This document shows, piece by piece, positions 59,775-62,204 of a stretch of DNA of 62,204 nt (position 1 is the stretch's first letter; every line of letters begins with the position of its first letter). The position numbers were made by a program, and so were the translations under genes. The notes under the pieces are model-generated. The model saw only the letters and a list, made by a program, of their open reading frames with translations. It made no database searches and had not been told where the DNA came from. The stretch is taken from the NCBI RefSeq assembly GCF_004010195.1, contig NC_057755.1, positions 4,586,859 to 4,649,062 of the forward strand, in the 5' to 3' direction. The stretch is from Chiloscyllium plagiosum (lineage: Eukaryota).

Positions 59775-60380
59775 GCCATAGAGATGTACAGCACGGCAAC
59801 AGACTCTTCAGTCCCTGCCAACCAGATATCCCAACCTAATCTAGTCCCATTTAGAGTCATAGTGATGTACAGGATGGAAACAGACCCTTCAGCCCAACTC
59901 CTCCATGCTATCCCAGATATGCCAACCCAATCTAGTCCCAACTGCCATTACCCGGCCCATATCCCTCCAAACCCTTCCTATTCATATACCCATCCAAATG
60001 CCTCTTAAATGCTGCAATTGTACCAGCCTCCACCACTTCCTCTGGCAGCTCATTCCATACACGTACCACCCTCTGGGTGAAAAAGTTGTCCCGTAGGTCC
60101 CTCTTATATCTTTCCCCTCTCACCCTAAACTTATGCCCCTCTAGTTCTGGACTCCCTGAACACAAGGAAAAGACTTTGTCTATTTACCCTATCCATGCCC
60201 CTCATGATTTTATAAACCTCTATAAGGTCATCCCTCAGCCTCTGATGCTCCAGGGAAAACAGCCCCAGCTTGTTCAGCCTCTCCCTGTAGCTCAAAACCC
60301 TCCAACCCTGGCAACACCCTCCTCTAAAGTCTTCACCTCCTTCCTAAGATACGGTACCCTGAACCTGACACAGTTTTCCA
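59775..60380 (-). mobile_element. CR1 LINE 3' fragment with a duplicated terminus
   Basis: FFTQRVVRVWNELPEEVVEAG remnant. Confidence 0.9.
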
Positions 60381-60669
60381 ACTGAGAGCAGGCCATTGTT
60401 ATGCCAAAAGTTCATCCTAATCTCCATGCTTTTCGTTTTCTTCCCTGTGCCTCCATTTATAAAACACATGATCCCACAAGTCTTCGGTTTTGGCAGCACC
60501 TGTGGGGAGAGAAACCAAGTTAACACCATGAGTCCATTTATTCTTCAATCCCTGAACTTTCCTCGGAATCTATCCCTCTGTGGTAATCACACTAGGAGAG
60601 TTTTAAAGAGGGAATTCAAAGTGCTTAGAGCCTGCGGTTTGAAATTCGTACAGTACCGGAACAGAGTCA

Positions 60670-61130
60670 GTTTACATAGGAATTCTCATCGTGTGACCTG
60701 TTTACGTGGGAATTCTCATAGTGATCTGTTTACATAGGAATTCTCAGTGATATGTTAACATAGGAATTCTCATCGCGTGACCTGTTTACATGGGAATTCT
60801 CATAGTGGCATGTTTACATAGGAATTCTCATCGCGTGACCTGTTTACATAGGAATTCTCATCCTGTGACATGTTTACATAGGAATTCTCATCTCGTGACA
60901 TGTTTACATAGGAATTCTCATCGCGTGACCTGTTTACATAGGAATTCTCATCCCGTGACATGTTTACATAGGAATTCTTATCCCGTGACCTGTTTACATA
61001 GGAATTCGCATAGTGACATGTTTACGGAGGAATTCTCATAGTGACCTGTTTACATGGGAATTCTCACAGTATGACACGTTTATGTAGGAATCCTCACAGC
61101 GTGACATGTTTACATAGGAATTCCCACTCT
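60670..61130. repeat. 28-30 bp minisatellite (TGTTTACATAGGAATTCTCATCGCGTGACC), ~16 copies, in the last intron
   Basis: Period 30 visible at 60841-61000. Confidence 0.95.
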
Positions 61131-61240
61131 GATGTTCGCATAGGCGGGTCCCCACGGAGGGGTGGTGGCGGGGGGGGGGGGGGGGGAGAAGGGTTTACGG
61201 TTGGTAATATTGCGGTTCCGACCCCTGTCTTGTTTTCCAG

Positions 61241-61744
61241 GAGCTGGCGGAGAGATTCCTCGAAGGCCGCTTTGCCCTGGAGGTATTCCTGGAGCAGTAC
61301 AACGAGCAGCGGAAACTGGCGCACCTTCGCCGGGTGCGGATCGAGAAGCTGCAGGAGATCTTGAGTCAGCCCGGCCCAGCGCCCGCCCAGCCCGCCGCCC
61401 AGCCCAGCCCCAACCTGCCCCAGCGGCCGCCCCCGCCTGTCCCCTGCCCCACGGCCGCCCCGCCCCTGCCCTACGACCCCAACCCGGGCGCGGCTGGCGT
61501 CCCCCGCCAGGGGGCGCCCGCTTACCCCCCCGCCTCCACCGCTCCACCTCAATTCTACCCCCGGCCCATTCAGCCTCCGCGCCCCCCCTACCCCGTGCAG
61601 GGGCAGTTTGCGGCGAGCCAGCCCCCTTACCCCCTCTACCCCATGCCCACTTACGTCTACGGCCCTTCAGGGCCTCCCCAAGTCCCACCCAGACCTGGGT
61701 ACAAGACCCCCCAGCCTCCATACCACATGCCCCAGCCTTACTGA
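61241..61744 (+). CDS. VPS37B/C-like last exon: VPS37 C-terminal helices plus Pro/Tyr-rich tail
   Basis: tgttttccag|ELAERFLEGRFALEVFLEQYNEQRKLAHLRRVRIEKLQEIL...PQPY*. Matches the conserved FL.G...LE.FL..Y...RKLAH.RRV.IEKL motif. Confidence 0.93.
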   Translation, partial: ELAERFLEGRFALEVFLEQYNEQRKLAHLRRVRIEKLQEILSQPGPAPAQPAAQPSPNLPQRPPPPVPCPTAAPPLPYDPNPGAAGVPRQGAPAYPPASTAPPQFYPRPIQPPRPPYPVQGQFAASQPPYPLYPMPTYVYGPSGPPQVPPRPGYKTPQPPYHMPQPY

Positions 61745-61963
61745 GCACTGGGAGGCTGGGCGTGTGTGAGAGTGTGTAAATATTATACAGACTACAGTAT
61801 TTATTTGGACTGTGTTGTATCTCTGGGTAACGCCATGCCATTTGTACCGTGACTCACTTGACACCAAGGCCAGGCTGCGTCCCTCTGCCAGAGTGGCGTG
61901 CGGTTTGGCCTTTGACCCCCACCCCACTCACTGTCACCAGGCCACCTTGCTGTCCCTGGCTGC

Positions 61964-62196
61964 TGCAGGGGTGTGGTGCGTGCCCCCTGGGCTCCAAGTC
62001 TGAAGGTCTTGATTACGACCCAACAAGGTTTGGGCCTGGATTCCCACGCTGAGGGAGCAGGCACTGTCGGAGGGTCAGTGCAGGGGTGTGGTGCGTGCCC
62101 CCTGGGCTCCAAGTCTGAAGGTCTTGATTACGACCCAACAAGGTTTGGGCCTGGATTCCCACGCTGAGGGAGCAGGCACTGTCGGAGGGTCAGTGC
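61964..62196. repeat. Exact 115-bp tandem duplication
   Basis: Copies start at 61964 and 62079. Confidence 0.95.
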
Positions 62197-62204
62197 TGAG
62201 GGAG

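Noticed and set aside
60790..61041. ORF of repeated VTCLHRNSH units
   Set aside because: It is a translation of the 30-bp intronic VNTR with no splice or start support.
61094..61841. Overlapping Gly/Arg/Pro-rich ORFs on both strands
   Set aside because: They are shadow frames of the GC-rich VPS37 last exon.

Overview
Eukaryotic, repeat-rich vertebrate DNA. The tRNA-headed V-domain SINEs, CR1 LINEs and Penelope-like elements point to an elasmobranch (shark); this is inferred from repeat content only. There are five N gaps. Two spliced genes can be reconstructed by eye. (1) A CENPQ-like kinetochore gene on the minus strand has 8 phase-compatible GT-AG coding exons (1840-11256). (2) A VPS37B/C-like ESCRT-I gene has its first coding exon on the minus strand (44749-44868) but its last two exons on the plus strand (59192-59274, 61241-61744). 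Sequence at the two exactly 500-N gaps suggests that block 28128-55820 is flipped in the assembly. Between the genes is a CpG-rich, probably bidirectional promoter (GC boxes, TCACGTGAC, CCAAT, CDE/CHR-like). Next to it on the minus strand is the most novel element: an uninterrupted ~880-codon ORF (23275-25914) with no in-frame ATG, an Arg/Lys/Cys-rich protamine-like N-terminus and C-terminal PRRES[VI]xWP repeats. It probably lies in CENPQ intron 1. The window also holds three families of Penelope-associated minimal hammerhead-ribozyme motifs, several satellites (53, 30 and 19 bp units plus a variant GA-rich minisatellite), a TA-flanked MITE and nested LINEs. Gene and family names rest on recalled homologue sequences, not on database searches.
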